Origin: Bdellovibrionales bacterium
Lineage (GTDB): Bacteria > Bdellovibrionota > Bdellovibrionia > Bdellovibrionales > UBA1609
Direction: 5' to 3'
Assembly: GCA_050246815.1 (NCBI GenBank)
Contig: JBFWVI010000004.1
Span: 32,001-96,000, forward strand
Length of the DNA stretch: 64,000 nt
Of the stretch, positions 49,138 to 59,123 are shown piece by piece. A program made the translations under genes and the position numbers. Position 1 is the stretch's first letter; the number at the start of each line of letters is the position of its first letter. Under the pieces are notes generated by a model, which saw only the letters and a list, made by a program, of their open reading frames with translations, had not been told where the DNA came from and did no database searches.

Positions 49138-50085
49138 TTAGGCTCCTCCTAAACTTGCTGAAAGCTTGGCGCTTGATGAGGTCAGACGGATAAAGATTTC
49201 TTCCAGATCAAGATCCACGGCCTTTAGCTCCAAGAGTCCCGAACCTTTTTTGACGACATGCTCGGCAATGGCTTCGACGCTCTCTTCGCTATGGACCACG
49301 GTCACAGCCAGTTGCGAGCCCACGCGCTGCACTGCCTGCACGCCGGTCACGGTGGCCAAAGAGCGAATCAGCTCGTCGTGTCCACGACGAACCTTCAACA
49401 TCACTTGGCCCGAGCCCGACATGCGCTTGCTTAAAGTTTCCAAAGAATCCTCAGCCACAATTTTGCCGCGGTTGATGATGATAATGCGGTCACAGTTCGC
49501 CTGCACTTCAGGCAAAATGTGCGTCGACAAAATGATCGTGTGCTGCCCTTTAAGGCTGCGGATAAGATCCCGCATCTCGTGCACCTGTTTGGGGTCTAAA
49601 CCCACCGTTGGCTCGTCTAAAATCAAAACTTCCGGATCGGCCACCAATGCTTGGGCCAAACCCACGCGCTGGCGATAACCTTTTGACAAGTTGCCGATCA
49701 AGCGAGCACGTACATCGCGTAAATCGGTTTTTTGCATTGCTCGTTCGGCCAGCTCTTTGGCTTGCTGCTTGGTCTTACCACGAAGCTTCGCCACAAAAAC
49801 CAAATAGTCTTCCACCAACATGTCGGTATAGACCGGAGGAATCTCAGGCAAATAGCCGATGCGGCTTTTGACCTCCAAAGGATTTTCAAAAACATCAAAA
49901 CCGGCCACCCGCACCTCACCCGAGCTTGGCGCCATGTATCCGGTGATAATTTTCATCGTGGTGGACTTGCCCGCGCCGTTGGGGCCCAAAAACCCCACAA
50001 CTTCGCCTTTGTTCACCGTGAAAGTTAGATTTTGAATGGCCTGCCGATCGCCATAATTTTTGGTGAGGCTACGCACTTCAATCAT
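49138..50085 (-). CDS. gldA: ABC ATP-binding protein, GldA-like
   Basis: GPNGAGKSTT, LSKGYRQRVGLAQA, ILDEPT. Confidence 0.88.
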   Translation of the reverse strand: MIEVRSLTKNYGDRQAIQNLTFTVNKGEVVGFLGPNGAGKSTTMKIITGYMAPSSGEVRVAGFDVFENPLEVKSRIGYLPEIPPVYTDMLVEDYLVFVAKLRGKTKQQAKELAERAMQKTDLRDVRARLIGNLSKGYRQRVGLAQALVADPEVLILDEPTVGLDPKQVHEMRDLIRSLKGQHTIILSTHILPEVQANCDRIIIINRGKIVAEDSLETLSKRMSGSGQVMLKVRRGHDELIRSLATVTGVQAVQRVGSQLAVTVVHSEESVEAIAEHVVKKGSGLLELKAVDLDLEEIFIRLTSSSAKLSASLGGA

Positions 50086-50196
50086 CGCGGCTCTCCTGTG
50101 AAATTGACTTTTAAAAAGTTAACTTACCTAAGGTAATCATCTTCTTAAATCAGTCAAGGGGGTGCTCCATGGCGCGCCGCAGCCAGGACGATGACA

Positions 50197-51495
50197 TTAT
50201 GAGAACTTGAAGCCCACGGTGCGATCATGGGTGTAGGTCACGCGGCCTTTTTTGTCGCCACGTACAGGTCTTACAAAGCGACACTCGGCAACAATCAGCT
50301 CAAAGCGTTCACCTTTGTGTTGACCCGCTTTGTTGCCGAAAGTTTGCTCGACCAAAGCGATGCCGACCTCGCGCAAAGCCTCGTCGCTGACGACTTTTTG
50401 TTTTTCTCGTGAAAGGATCGCGTGACTTCCCGGGTGGTCTCGCAAGTGCAACCACATGTCCCACGCTCTTGCTGAACGCAGCAAATTCAAATTGTCGGCG
50501 CCAGATCGCCCCAGCCGAGCCGTCAGCCCGCCTGCCACATCCACAGTTCGATAGCGTGCCGCGCCCTTCACCGGTTTTTGCTGACCGCGCTGAACGGTCG
50601 CGGTCTTTGCAAACTCTTCGGCCGTCAGACCCTGAACTCGTGCCAGGTCGTCTTGCAAGTGGTTAAGACGCTCTTCCGTCGAACCTAACTTTCGGCTTAA
50701 CTCCTTCGCCCGCGTGAAACAGTTTTCAATGTTCCAGGCCAGGCTTCGGCGCTTGTCGACCAGGGCGACATAGTCATCCGGCACCTGAACACTTTGGTGG
50801 CTGACCATCCAGTCGCCGGCGTCGCGCCAACCGCTATTTTTTTTGCTCGAAATTTCAGCCTGCACTTTGTCAATGGCGCGGTTTAGACGCGCCAGTTCGG
50901 TCTGATGCCGTTTTTCTACGGTCATTTTTTTTTGCTGAGCTTCGTCGGGCCGCGCCTTGGCACCACGGTCAAGGCGGTTGTCACGCAACACGGCCCACTC
51001 CTCAACCAACTCTTGCAGAGATCTGACCACAGGATTTGGCGGCGCGGCCGGCACTTCAGCCGTCACGGGCTCAACTTTGTGCCAGGCCACTCTTCTTTTT
51101 TCAGCGAAGGCTAAAAAGTTGCCGCCATGGGGCCATAAATACACCTCGATGTGCCTCGACTCACCTTCATCGGCAGAAAACCGTAAGCGCAAAGCTCGCC
51201 CCAGTCGTTCATCACGAGTCACGCTTTGCAGGGCGCGATCGATAAAGTGGGCCCTTAAAAAAAGCGCCAGGGGTTTAAGCGGTTTTAAATTGCGCTCGGG
51301 AACATTGGTCAACGGCAAAAAAAGCGGGCTCCAGCTATGGTTTTCGAACCACAGCCAGGTCAAGCCCTGGCCCCTGGTCCAGAACCCCAACCCGACACCT
51401 GTCGCGCCGACCACGACCTCTTGCAGTCGGCAGCCCAACAATGGCTTCAGTGACGCGGCCAAATTGTCGATCTCTGGCACATTCAAAGCGCGCAT
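50197..51495 (-). CDS. NFACT (FbpA/RqcH-like) protein
   Basis: N-terminal NFACT-like region, coiled coil, GRS...N..L....DMWLH.RD.PGSH. Confidence 0.78.
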   Translation of the reverse strand: MRALNVPEIDNLAASLKPLLGCRLQEVVVGATGVGLGFWTRGQGLTWLWFENHSWSPLFLPLTNVPERNLKPLKPLALFLRAHFIDRALQSVTRDERLGRALRLRFSADEGESRHIEVYLWPHGGNFLAFAEKRRVAWHKVEPVTAEVPAAPPNPVVRSLQELVEEWAVLRDNRLDRGAKARPDEAQQKKMTVEKRHQTELARLNRAIDKVQAEISSKKNSGWRDAGDWMVSHQSVQVPDDYVALVDKRRSLAWNIENCFTRAKELSRKLGSTEERLNHLQDDLARVQGLTAEEFAKTATVQRGQQKPVKGAARYRTVDVAGGLTARLGRSGADNLNLLRSARAWDMWLHLRDHPGSHAILSREKQKVVSDEALREVGIALVEQTFGNKAGQHKGERFELIVAECRFVRPVRGDKKGRVTYTHDRTVGFKFS

Positions 51496-51534
51496 TTGTG
51501 ATCCTAGTCTTTCGCCGTCTCAACCTCTATCGCC

Positions 51535-51843
51535 ATGCAGCCGAATAATAGACAAGTGAAAACAATGAAGCAAGATACACGTGACCAATTAGTCGATTGC
51601 CTTGAAAAACTGCTCTCGTGCGTGTTGGGCGATGAAGACCCCGAAATCTTTATCGATCGCGTTGCCGAAGAGTATTTGATGGCCTTGGTTCGCGAAGCCC
51701 ACATTCCGCTGCGCTATCTGTCCACTTTGCGTGACGACGTGCGCACCGAAGTTATGGACCTGTTGCGCATCCGCGCCTACAATTATCCAAGCCTTAAAGA
51801 GTATTTCCTTAGCCGAGCCGATCAGGCCCGGCGCTCAGCTTAA
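51535..51843 (+). CDS. Small hypothetical protein
   Basis: 102-aa ORF with helical protein-like composition. Confidence 0.55.
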   Translation: MQPNNRQVKTMKQDTRDQLVDCLEKLLSCVLGDEDPEIFIDRVAEEYLMALVREAHIPLRYLSTLRDDVRTEVMDLLRIRAYNYPSLKEYFLSRADQARRSA

Positions 51844-51856
51844 GAATCGTCAACAG

Positions 51857-53545
51857 TTAGTTGATGGCGACGCCATTGATTTTATCGTCAAATTTGTAAT
51901 CGCGGATCAAAGAGACTTTGTCTTTTTTGTCCGTACGAGTCAGCATGACCATCAATCTTAAGTTTTTGCACTCTTGGTCGGCGCAACTCACCAAAGCCTG
52001 AACGTCATCAATGCCCTGCAAACGCAGGTCGCCGGCCTTCATCCAACTTAAGATGCTGTCACTCGTACCTCGGCGCCAGCCCAAATCCATTTCAACGAAT
52101 TTGTTATTCTTGAAGAAATCCTCTTTGGGGTTCAAAACCTCTTCGGCTCTTCCCGTGACCACTCCACGACCATAGTTCAGAGTGATTTCCACGTTTACTA
52201 AAGCGTTTGTGGCGGTACGATCACGGCGGGTCAATTTGATGCCTTTGATCAAAGCCAAGATCTCACGGCTTCGATTCGCCTCAATCTGGTCGATCCTTTT
52301 TGATCGTTTAACATCAACAGCCCGGGTCGCGCCATTGCGCTCGTACTTCACCAAACGCCGACCTGCCACGACAACCCGGGGCAAGCTGCTGAACAACGGC
52401 GCAGCCTGCGGCCTTTGAACTGGTGCAGACGCCGCATCTGCTTGCTTCGCAACCTCAGCACGACGAGCCGCTTTCAATTGGCCATCGCGGGCGTCTAAAA
52501 CAGATAATTCCTCAGTCGGTGTCACCAAAGCAGAACTGTCCGCTGCAGCAGCGCCGCCTTCTTGTCGACCAACCTCTTGATCTCTGCCATCGCGACCTCG
52601 GGCCAATTCAGCCTCCCGTGCGGCCTCTTCAGCCGCGCGCTCGGCGTCGGCTTGCGCGCGCTCTTGGCCAAGTAACGTTTGGCCGTCTTTCACTGAACGC
52701 AACTGATTGCCAAGGCTTGAAGCTTTCACTTTGCCATCCAAACCGATTTGCACCATCACCGCCAATTTGCTTTGATCCGCACGGGTGATCAAAATCAAAA
52801 CTTGCGCCACTTCGCAGGTGTCTTTCAAGCAGGCGGCATAGACTTCAATGCCTTTTAATTCCAACTCACGAGCCTGCAGATCAATCGAGTTCATTTTAAC
52901 TTCGACGATCTTCGGCGTTTCAAGCAAGTCTTGGCCGGTCAGTTCTGCTTTGCCACTGGCCACCACATCTTTGTTACCGACAAGTAACAGATCCAAAGCC
53001 AATTCAAAGCGGCCCTCGCCGGCCTTTGCCTCTTTTGCGCTTCGATTGACCAGCTTCACGTCCAAACCTTTGACGATGCCGGCCACTTCGCCGCCGCCGC
53101 TTTTTAAAACCTCGGCGATCTCGGCCAATTTAGCCACGGCCTTTTCATCTGCTTTTGCTGCCGCTGAGGCGGCTCCTGCAGTCGAGCCCTCAGCACCACC
53201 AGCCTGTTGACCTCCGACTTTCAATCTTTCTTGTTGGTCCATGGTTAAGCTGACAAAGGAGCTCAATGCACCACGGCTTTCGTCATTTAATTCCACGCGT
53301 TGCTCACTGCCTGCAGTGGCGCCACCGGCTGCGGACTGTTCGCGTCCGGGGACATGAAAAGCGCGATCGCCCTGGGTTCCACGATCAGCGTCTTGCGGCT
53401 TGACTTGGCCGTTGGCTATTTTGGCCTTTAAAACGTCTTCCGGAGTTGTGATTCGCGAGCGAAAACCCTTTTGGTCAGCACAGGCTACGATCATCGAGGC
53501 CGAAATCAACACCGCACCAAGACCTATATATTTGTGAACGCGCAT
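51857..53545 (-). CDS. Lipoprotein with internally duplicated domain
   Basis: AAGGAG RBS; lipobox IVAC; two related beta-rich domains, each with CxxxxC. Confidence 0.7.
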   Translation of the reverse strand: MRVHKYIGLGAVLISASMIVACADQKGFRSRITTPEDVLKAKIANGQVKPQDADRGTQGDRAFHVPGREQSAAGGATAGSEQRVELNDESRGALSSFVSLTMDQQERLKVGGQQAGGAEGSTAGAASAAAKADEKAVAKLAEIAEVLKSGGGEVAGIVKGLDVKLVNRSAKEAKAGEGRFELALDLLLVGNKDVVASGKAELTGQDLLETPKIVEVKMNSIDLQARELELKGIEVYAACLKDTCEVAQVLILITRADQSKLAVMVQIGLDGKVKASSLGNQLRSVKDGQTLLGQERAQADAERAAEEAAREAELARGRDGRDQEVGRQEGGAAAADSSALVTPTEELSVLDARDGQLKAARRAEVAKQADAASAPVQRPQAAPLFSSLPRVVVAGRRLVKYERNGATRAVDVKRSKRIDQIEANRSREILALIKGIKLTRRDRTATNALVNVEITLNYGRGVVTGRAEEVLNPKEDFFKNNKFVEMDLGWRRGTSDSILSWMKAGDLRLQGIDDVQALVSCADQECKNLRLMVMLTRTDKKDKVSLIRDYKFDDKINGVAIN

Positions 53546-53893
53546 ACACGAACTCCTTCAAAGGGCCATCCTGCCCATAGCCCATTTGAGCAAGGCCAAT
53601 GCCACCCCCTAAGCCCTTAAACCCTTGTAAAAAGGTGCATTTGGGTGACGTTTTTGGGCCCCCTCGCGCGAATGCGGCACTATTTTTAGAGAAGCGTATG
53701 AAAAGGCAAAAGCTTACGGATGAGGCGTTGGCCGCGAAACATTGGTTTAAGTCGTCGATCCCCCACACGATGACCATCGCGGGATCAATCATTTTACACT
53801 GTCACTCCCGTAACCACTCAAGCGCGTAGCCAAGACAGCGTAGTGATTTCCATGCCTTGAATCTCTGGCGCTGAATTTGCTATAAATTGCTGC

Positions 53894-54967
53894 ATGTTTC
53901 AGGAGCGCTTTAGACGGCAAATATTTTTAATTATTTTAATCTGTGGACTCAGTGGATCTGCGACTGCAGCCATTCAAGATCTGTGTTTGTGGGCTTTGAA
54001 ATGGGGTGGGCTCAACGCGCGAGTACTCGAAGCATTTGAGTACAACCAACCCACCTATCGCGACCTTATTTCCCTAGATAACACCCTCACCGGTAACGAT
54101 TCCGAACCAGACAGCTTTACGGAATTTCGAAAATCTTTAAAGGCCGGTGACGTTGTCTATGATGTTGGCAGTGGCATAGCTGTAGCTTCACTTCAGATGT
54201 CCGCTCTCCATGCAACCCATGTTTATGCACTCAGTCTGATCGATTTTGAACCGCGACTGACGGCGGGACGCTTTTCGATCAAGCCAACTAGTGTTCAGCT
54301 CGACGGCTTTATTAAACAAGTTGGTATCTATTCGTGGAAGGAGCTAGAGATCCTCGGAAGGGCTTTGGGGATTGAATTCCCCGCCACCCCAGAGTTTTAT
54401 GAAAATGCCTTTCCTCAATTATCGGCGCGTGAGGCCATCGCCCAAGTGGCACGTCAGATTGTGGACCGATTTATAAACCTGCGAAACCAGCAAAAAAAAC
54501 TGGGACTTTTCACACCCTTGATAGGCACCGCAGAAGGGGCTCTGCTCGCGTTAAAAGCTCCGGCAAAGTTGATCATCGACATTTATGGTGCGTCTTTCTA
54601 TTCAGGCCATCGCGCTTGGCTTATCTATCAGTATTATAATCATTTATCCCCGGAAGGCCGAGCCTATGTCTTGTTGGGTAGCAATCTGTCAACCAATGAA
54701 AATTTGCGAGAAGGACCTCGTGACTTTGTTGTAACAAAACGTGGTGAGCAATTGGAACTCTTCAGAAGAATCAGTCAAAAACACCCGAATATTTTTAGAA
54801 TAAAACATTCTTTTGGCATGAACCCCACAGACTATTTAGAAATTCGCAAAGACCCCTACGTTCCTTTCCTGCCTTTTGATTTAATTCGCGATCCAAGCGA
54901 AATGACTCTGTATCATGGCAATGGGTCATTTGTGTTTGAGGAGAACTTCCTCTATCGCGAACCATGA
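53894..54967 (+). CDS. Class I SAM-dependent methyltransferase-like protein with signal peptide
   Basis: VVYDVGSG.A motif I; HLSPEGRAYV; N-terminal signal ..ATA. Confidence 0.65.
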   Translation: MFQERFRRQIFLIILICGLSGSATAAIQDLCLWALKWGGLNARVLEAFEYNQPTYRDLISLDNTLTGNDSEPDSFTEFRKSLKAGDVVYDVGSGIAVASLQMSALHATHVYALSLIDFEPRLTAGRFSIKPTSVQLDGFIKQVGIYSWKELEILGRALGIEFPATPEFYENAFPQLSAREAIAQVARQIVDRFINLRNQQKKLGLFTPLIGTAEGALLALKAPAKLIIDIYGASFYSGHRAWLIYQYYNHLSPEGRAYVLLGSNLSTNENLREGPRDFVVTKRGEQLELFRRISQKHPNIFRIKHSFGMNPTDYLEIRKDPYVPFLPFDLIRDPSEMTLYHGNGSFVFEENFLYREP

Positions 54968-55076
54968 ACTCCGAAAAATAAACCTGGTTTTAAAGTCGAT
55001 TCCCGCTCAACAAAACAGCGGCTTTATGAACGATTTTTCGCGTGATGCGTAAGATCCGGTACAGCCCCCGCCCCAT

Positions 55077-56312
55077 TTAGCGAGACAAAATCCAATCCTT
55101 GAGTTCGGGTATCATCCGACCTAAGAGCACTCCACACGTCTGGCCGGGCATCGCCCAGCTCATAACATCACTTAGACCACTTTCATGACCAAAGCCGAAC
55201 ACTCGTGACGGATCTTTCATGACAAGAGCAAGGTGCATAAAACCTGAATCCTGAGTGATCACAAACTGAGACGCGGCCACAAAGGCCTGCCAATGAAGTT
55301 TATTGTCAGGCATAAATGCAACGGTGCTCTTGTTCGATTGCACAAAATCTTTTACTGCTTCAACAACATCTGCTCCAAAAGCTGCCTCTGGAGGCGTAAC
55401 AAGGATGTTTAAACTTGGATCCTTCTTTTTAATTGCACGGACAAGTAGCTTTAAATTGGCCACATAATGTTTTGCCATCACATCAATCTTAAACTGACCA
55501 GCCGTGTTGAGATTGAGAACAGCGAATTTATTCTGAGCCCTGCCAGGAAAAGAACTGTTCATATGTCGGCTGATGTGGGTTTGATGCCCAGGCCGCAAGA
55601 AGAACTGCGGCGGTATAAAAAAACCATTTTCATTCCCAAAGAATAAACGTATCAAAAAATCTTCTTTTCGGTAGATCGCATAGTCCATCCCACTTGTCTG
55701 GGGATCACGGTGATCTAAATAAATATCGACATCTTGCTGCTCGCCGCGATCAAAAACATTTAAAACAAGCAGGCCATGAGGCAGGTTTATTTCGTCGGTG
55801 ATGAGGCCCTTGAGTCCCGCTTTTCTTACAAACTCTAAATGTGTGCCTTTTTGCGTAAACCAAAAGGCATGGGGACCAGATGCTGAATAAATCTTTTCAG
55901 CTGAAGCAGAAAATGGAAGTATCGTGAGCCAACTCTGGGGTTGAATTAAATTGCCGCCAGGGCTTGCGTGATAAATATGTGAGTCCGGAAACATTCGATG
56001 AAGGGCGTCTAACATCGAAACTGTTCCGATTATCGAATCACCGATATACTTACCCCAGCCGACAAAGACGATTGGATCTCCGTTTTGGGGAGCAAAATTG
56101 ATCTTTTCAAAAATGTTTTGCGCAGGCCTAACACCATCTTCGCGGATCGCCCTTCGACGAATCAGTGTTTGAGCTAGCTGGAAAGGCATTTTTTCGCGGG
56201 TTGGCAAATTATCTGAATTTAACCACTTTGAGCAATCTTCGGCACCCACCTGTTCATGACATAGACAGATGATACTGATTAAAACTAAAAGAACACGCTG
56301 CGGGTACCACAT
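55077..56312 (-). CDS. Glycosyltransferase family 9-like protein with signal peptide
   Basis: YIGDSI...L...FPDS.I; FVITQDSGFMHLA; N-terminal hydrophobic signal. Confidence 0.7.
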   Translation of the reverse strand: MWYPQRVLLVLISIICLCHEQVGAEDCSKWLNSDNLPTREKMPFQLAQTLIRRRAIREDGVRPAQNIFEKINFAPQNGDPIVFVGWGKYIGDSIIGTVSMLDALHRMFPDSHIYHASPGGNLIQPQSWLTILPFSASAEKIYSASGPHAFWFTQKGTHLEFVRKAGLKGLITDEINLPHGLLVLNVFDRGEQQDVDIYLDHRDPQTSGMDYAIYRKEDFLIRLFFGNENGFFIPPQFFLRPGHQTHISRHMNSSFPGRAQNKFAVLNLNTAGQFKIDVMAKHYVANLKLLVRAIKKKDPSLNILVTPPEAAFGADVVEAVKDFVQSNKSTVAFMPDNKLHWQAFVAASQFVITQDSGFMHLALVMKDPSRVFGFGHESGLSDVMSWAMPGQTCGVLLGRMIPELKDWILSR

Positions 56313-56396
56313 AGAGCATGTATAGCAAAATCACTGTGCCAACCGCGCCATCAAATGACTACCCAAAAACACCCCAGCCCCCTATAGTCGTATCCT

Positions 56397-58007
56397 ATGT
56401 CCACCCCGCTTCACCAAACCTGGTCACGCCGTGATTTCCTGCAGTTCATAGGGCAAACCGCATTGACGACCGCTTTGCCGGTTTCGTTTTTGGGATGCAG
56501 TTCGGCGCCCTTAAGCTCTTTGCCCTTTAAACCCATCCAGCCCAGCACAGATGACCAGTTGCTTTTGGCTGAAGGTTTTCACTCACAGATTTTAATCTCG
56601 TGGCAAGATGCTTTGACCCCCCAACTCAAGTTTGGCTTCAACAACGACTACACCGCCTTTTTCCCGTTTCAGCCGACCACTCCTGATGAAGGGGTTTTGT
56701 GGGTCAATCATGAGTCCGTCAATCCCCTGTTCATCACCGGCTGGGCCTCAGGCCAAGTCCGGCAGCGTGAGGATGTGATCAAAGAAATGAAAGAAGTTGG
56801 CGGCAGTCTTGTTCATATCGTGCAAAAAGATGGCCGCTGGCAAGTGGTCAAGAATAGCAAGTTCAACCGCCGCCTGGATGCCCACACCCCCATTCCCTTT
56901 GTCAGTGCCCGCCCCATCGCCGGTCAAAAAGTGGCGATGGGAACCTTGGCCAACTGCGCTGGCGGCGTGACCCCCTGGGGCACGCTTTTGACTTGCGAAG
57001 AAAATTACGACAATTGCTATGGCGAGCTGAATTATTCTTCTGGCAAAGCAACCTGGAAGCCCGGACCAGACTATATATACTGGCGCGATTTCTTCCCAAC
57101 CAATTCACCCGAGCACTATGGTTGGGTCGTCGAGGTGAATCCTTTCACCGGTGCGGCCAAAAAGCTCACGGCGTTAGGCCGCTTTTGTCACGAATCAGCC
57201 ACTGTGGTTGTGGCCCGCGATGGCCGCTCCGTCGTTTATTCGGGCGACGACCACAATGATGAATGTCTGTATAAGTTTATTGCCACAAAACCCGGATCCC
57301 TTGAACAAGGCGAGCTATTTGCCGCCAACATCGAAAGTGGCCGCTGGCTACCGCTGAATTGGAACCAGCAGCCTTTGCTGCAAAAGCACTTCAAGGACCA
57401 AACCGAAGTTTTGATCCGCGCCCGTGACGCCGCCCATCTTTTAGGGGCATCGCGCCTGGACCGCCCAGAAGATGTTGAAATCCACCCCACAACGGGTGCC
57501 GTGTTCGTGACTCTCACCAACAACAAGGACAAAAAGAATTATCACGGCTCCATCCTTAAAATCGTCGAAGATCAAAATGACTATTTATCAATGAGCTTCA
57601 ACGCCAGCACCTTCTTGACCGGTGGTCGCGGCGCGCAGTTCACTTGCCCAGACAATATGGTCTTTGATCGACGCGGCAATTTGTGGCTGACCAATGACGT
57701 GTCAGATCAAAGTTTGAATCGCAGCAAGTACAAGGGCTTTGGCAACAACTCTCTCTTTTACATCCCGATGTCCGGCGCTCACGCGGGCCGTGTGCTGCGC
57801 GTTGCTTCAGCACCCGTTACGGCCGAACTCACTGGTCCCAGCTTCTCGCCCGACGGCAAAACTTTGTTTTTATCCGTACAACACCCCGGCGAAAATTCTG
57901 ATGATCGCTTGAAACCCACCAGTCACTGGCCACTGGGCGGTAACAACATGCCCAAGCCTTCGGTCGTCACCATCTCGGGTCCCGCATTAGATTCTTTGAT
58001 TGCTTAA
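56397..58007 (+). CDS. phoX: PhoX family alkaline phosphatase (Tat-exported)
   Basis: SRRDFL Tat motif; NHE, NCAGG.TPWGT.LTCEEN, GRF.HE, RPED, PDN, ELTGP, QHPGE. Confidence 0.93.
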   Translation: MSTPLHQTWSRRDFLQFIGQTALTTALPVSFLGCSSAPLSSLPFKPIQPSTDDQLLLAEGFHSQILISWQDALTPQLKFGFNNDYTAFFPFQPTTPDEGVLWVNHESVNPLFITGWASGQVRQREDVIKEMKEVGGSLVHIVQKDGRWQVVKNSKFNRRLDAHTPIPFVSARPIAGQKVAMGTLANCAGGVTPWGTLLTCEENYDNCYGELNYSSGKATWKPGPDYIYWRDFFPTNSPEHYGWVVEVNPFTGAAKKLTALGRFCHESATVVVARDGRSVVYSGDDHNDECLYKFIATKPGSLEQGELFAANIESGRWLPLNWNQQPLLQKHFKDQTEVLIRARDAAHLLGASRLDRPEDVEIHPTTGAVFVTLTNNKDKKNYHGSILKIVEDQNDYLSMSFNASTFLTGGRGAQFTCPDNMVFDRRGNLWLTNDVSDQSLNRSKYKGFGNNSLFYIPMSGAHAGRVLRVASAPVTAELTGPSFSPDGKTLFLSVQHPGENSDDRLKPTSHWPLGGNNMPKPSVVTISGPALDSLIA

Positions 58008-58304
58008 GCAATAGAAAATAATTGCACCGGCAACTTTTTCTAAACGCATAGCGACTACAACTTCGCGTCACGCAAAACGCACTGAAGATACTCGGGAAAT
58101 TGCTGTGAAAAAAAATCATGCACAACGCGGTGCCGGTAAATAAATTTTACTAGGAATTACTAATGTGACCCATAACCGCTTGTTTAAGTGTTCGATTACC
58201 GACACATTTTCAGAAATTTTTAACGCAACTCATGATGGTTCGTTAGTTGCTAATACAGTTCCGTATTGGCACTGACGAAGTGACTTTAACAAAAAGGGGT
58301 TTTT

Positions 58305-59123
58305 ATGAAACGGCTGGGGGGCCTGTTAGTTTCTGCTCTTATCGCAAGTGCGACGGCAGCAGAAGGCCAAGAGTTAATTGGCCAAGTGAAAGCGAACGGG
58401 AATCTGAAAACAAGTTACTCGATCTCAAACGACCAAACCTCGGTCACCACGACCGCCGCCGATGTCGGCAACAAATATGAAAGCAAAATGGATTCGTACT
58501 TATTCCCCAGCCTTAAAGCGGCTGTGCAGGGAATGGCATTCGTAAGTTCGGTCATGCAAACCAAAGGCAGCGAAAGTGTCGAAACCAGTTCTTGGGCAGA
58601 TTACGACACAAAAAAGCGAAAATCACACGCCTTCGTCAAGCTGGCACTGCAATCCCCGCTGACTCTGCTTTTCGAAATTGAGGAGAGCTACCGCGCCTGC
58701 AAAGCCGAATCGGTCAAGACCAGCACCGACAGTGAAAGTGGCACCACCACCACCACCAGTTGCTCGAAACAATCCGAACTCACGATCCGTGGTCCTGTTG
58801 CGGTTTACGGCAACTACGCCAACTCAATCAATGTGGATGCGCTTTTACGCAACAAACAAGAAATCAACTTAAACCTAAGCAAAGACTATAGCGGCAAAGA
58901 CACCAATATGGTCAGCCGCTTTATGGTGAAATCGATCAGCTTCGATGAAAGTCTGGCGCGATTCTTTCGCGTCTTTAATATCCCGGTTTTCGTCGGTCAC
59001 GGCGGGGACCTTGGTTACGGCAACGGACTGCTCGACAAAGTTTCACCCTTGACCTCGCGACAACGCTTGATGCTTGGCATCTCGCGGGTCGTGCGCTCCG
59101 CGAATGAAAGGATCATGAACTAA
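58305..59123 (+). CDS. Secreted hypothetical protein, first gene of the protease operon
   Basis: Signal peptide; TAATG overlap with the next gene. Confidence 0.7.
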   Translation: MKRLGGLLVSALIASATAAEGQELIGQVKANGNLKTSYSISNDQTSVTTTAADVGNKYESKMDSYLFPSLKAAVQGMAFVSSVMQTKGSESVETSSWADYDTKKRKSHAFVKLALQSPLTLLFEIEESYRACKAESVKTSTDSESGTTTTTSCSKQSELTIRGPVAVYGNYANSINVDALLRNKQEINLNLSKDYSGKDTNMVSRFMVKSISFDESLARFFRVFNIPVFVGHGGDLGYGNGLLDKVSPLTSRQRLMLGISRVVRSANERIMN

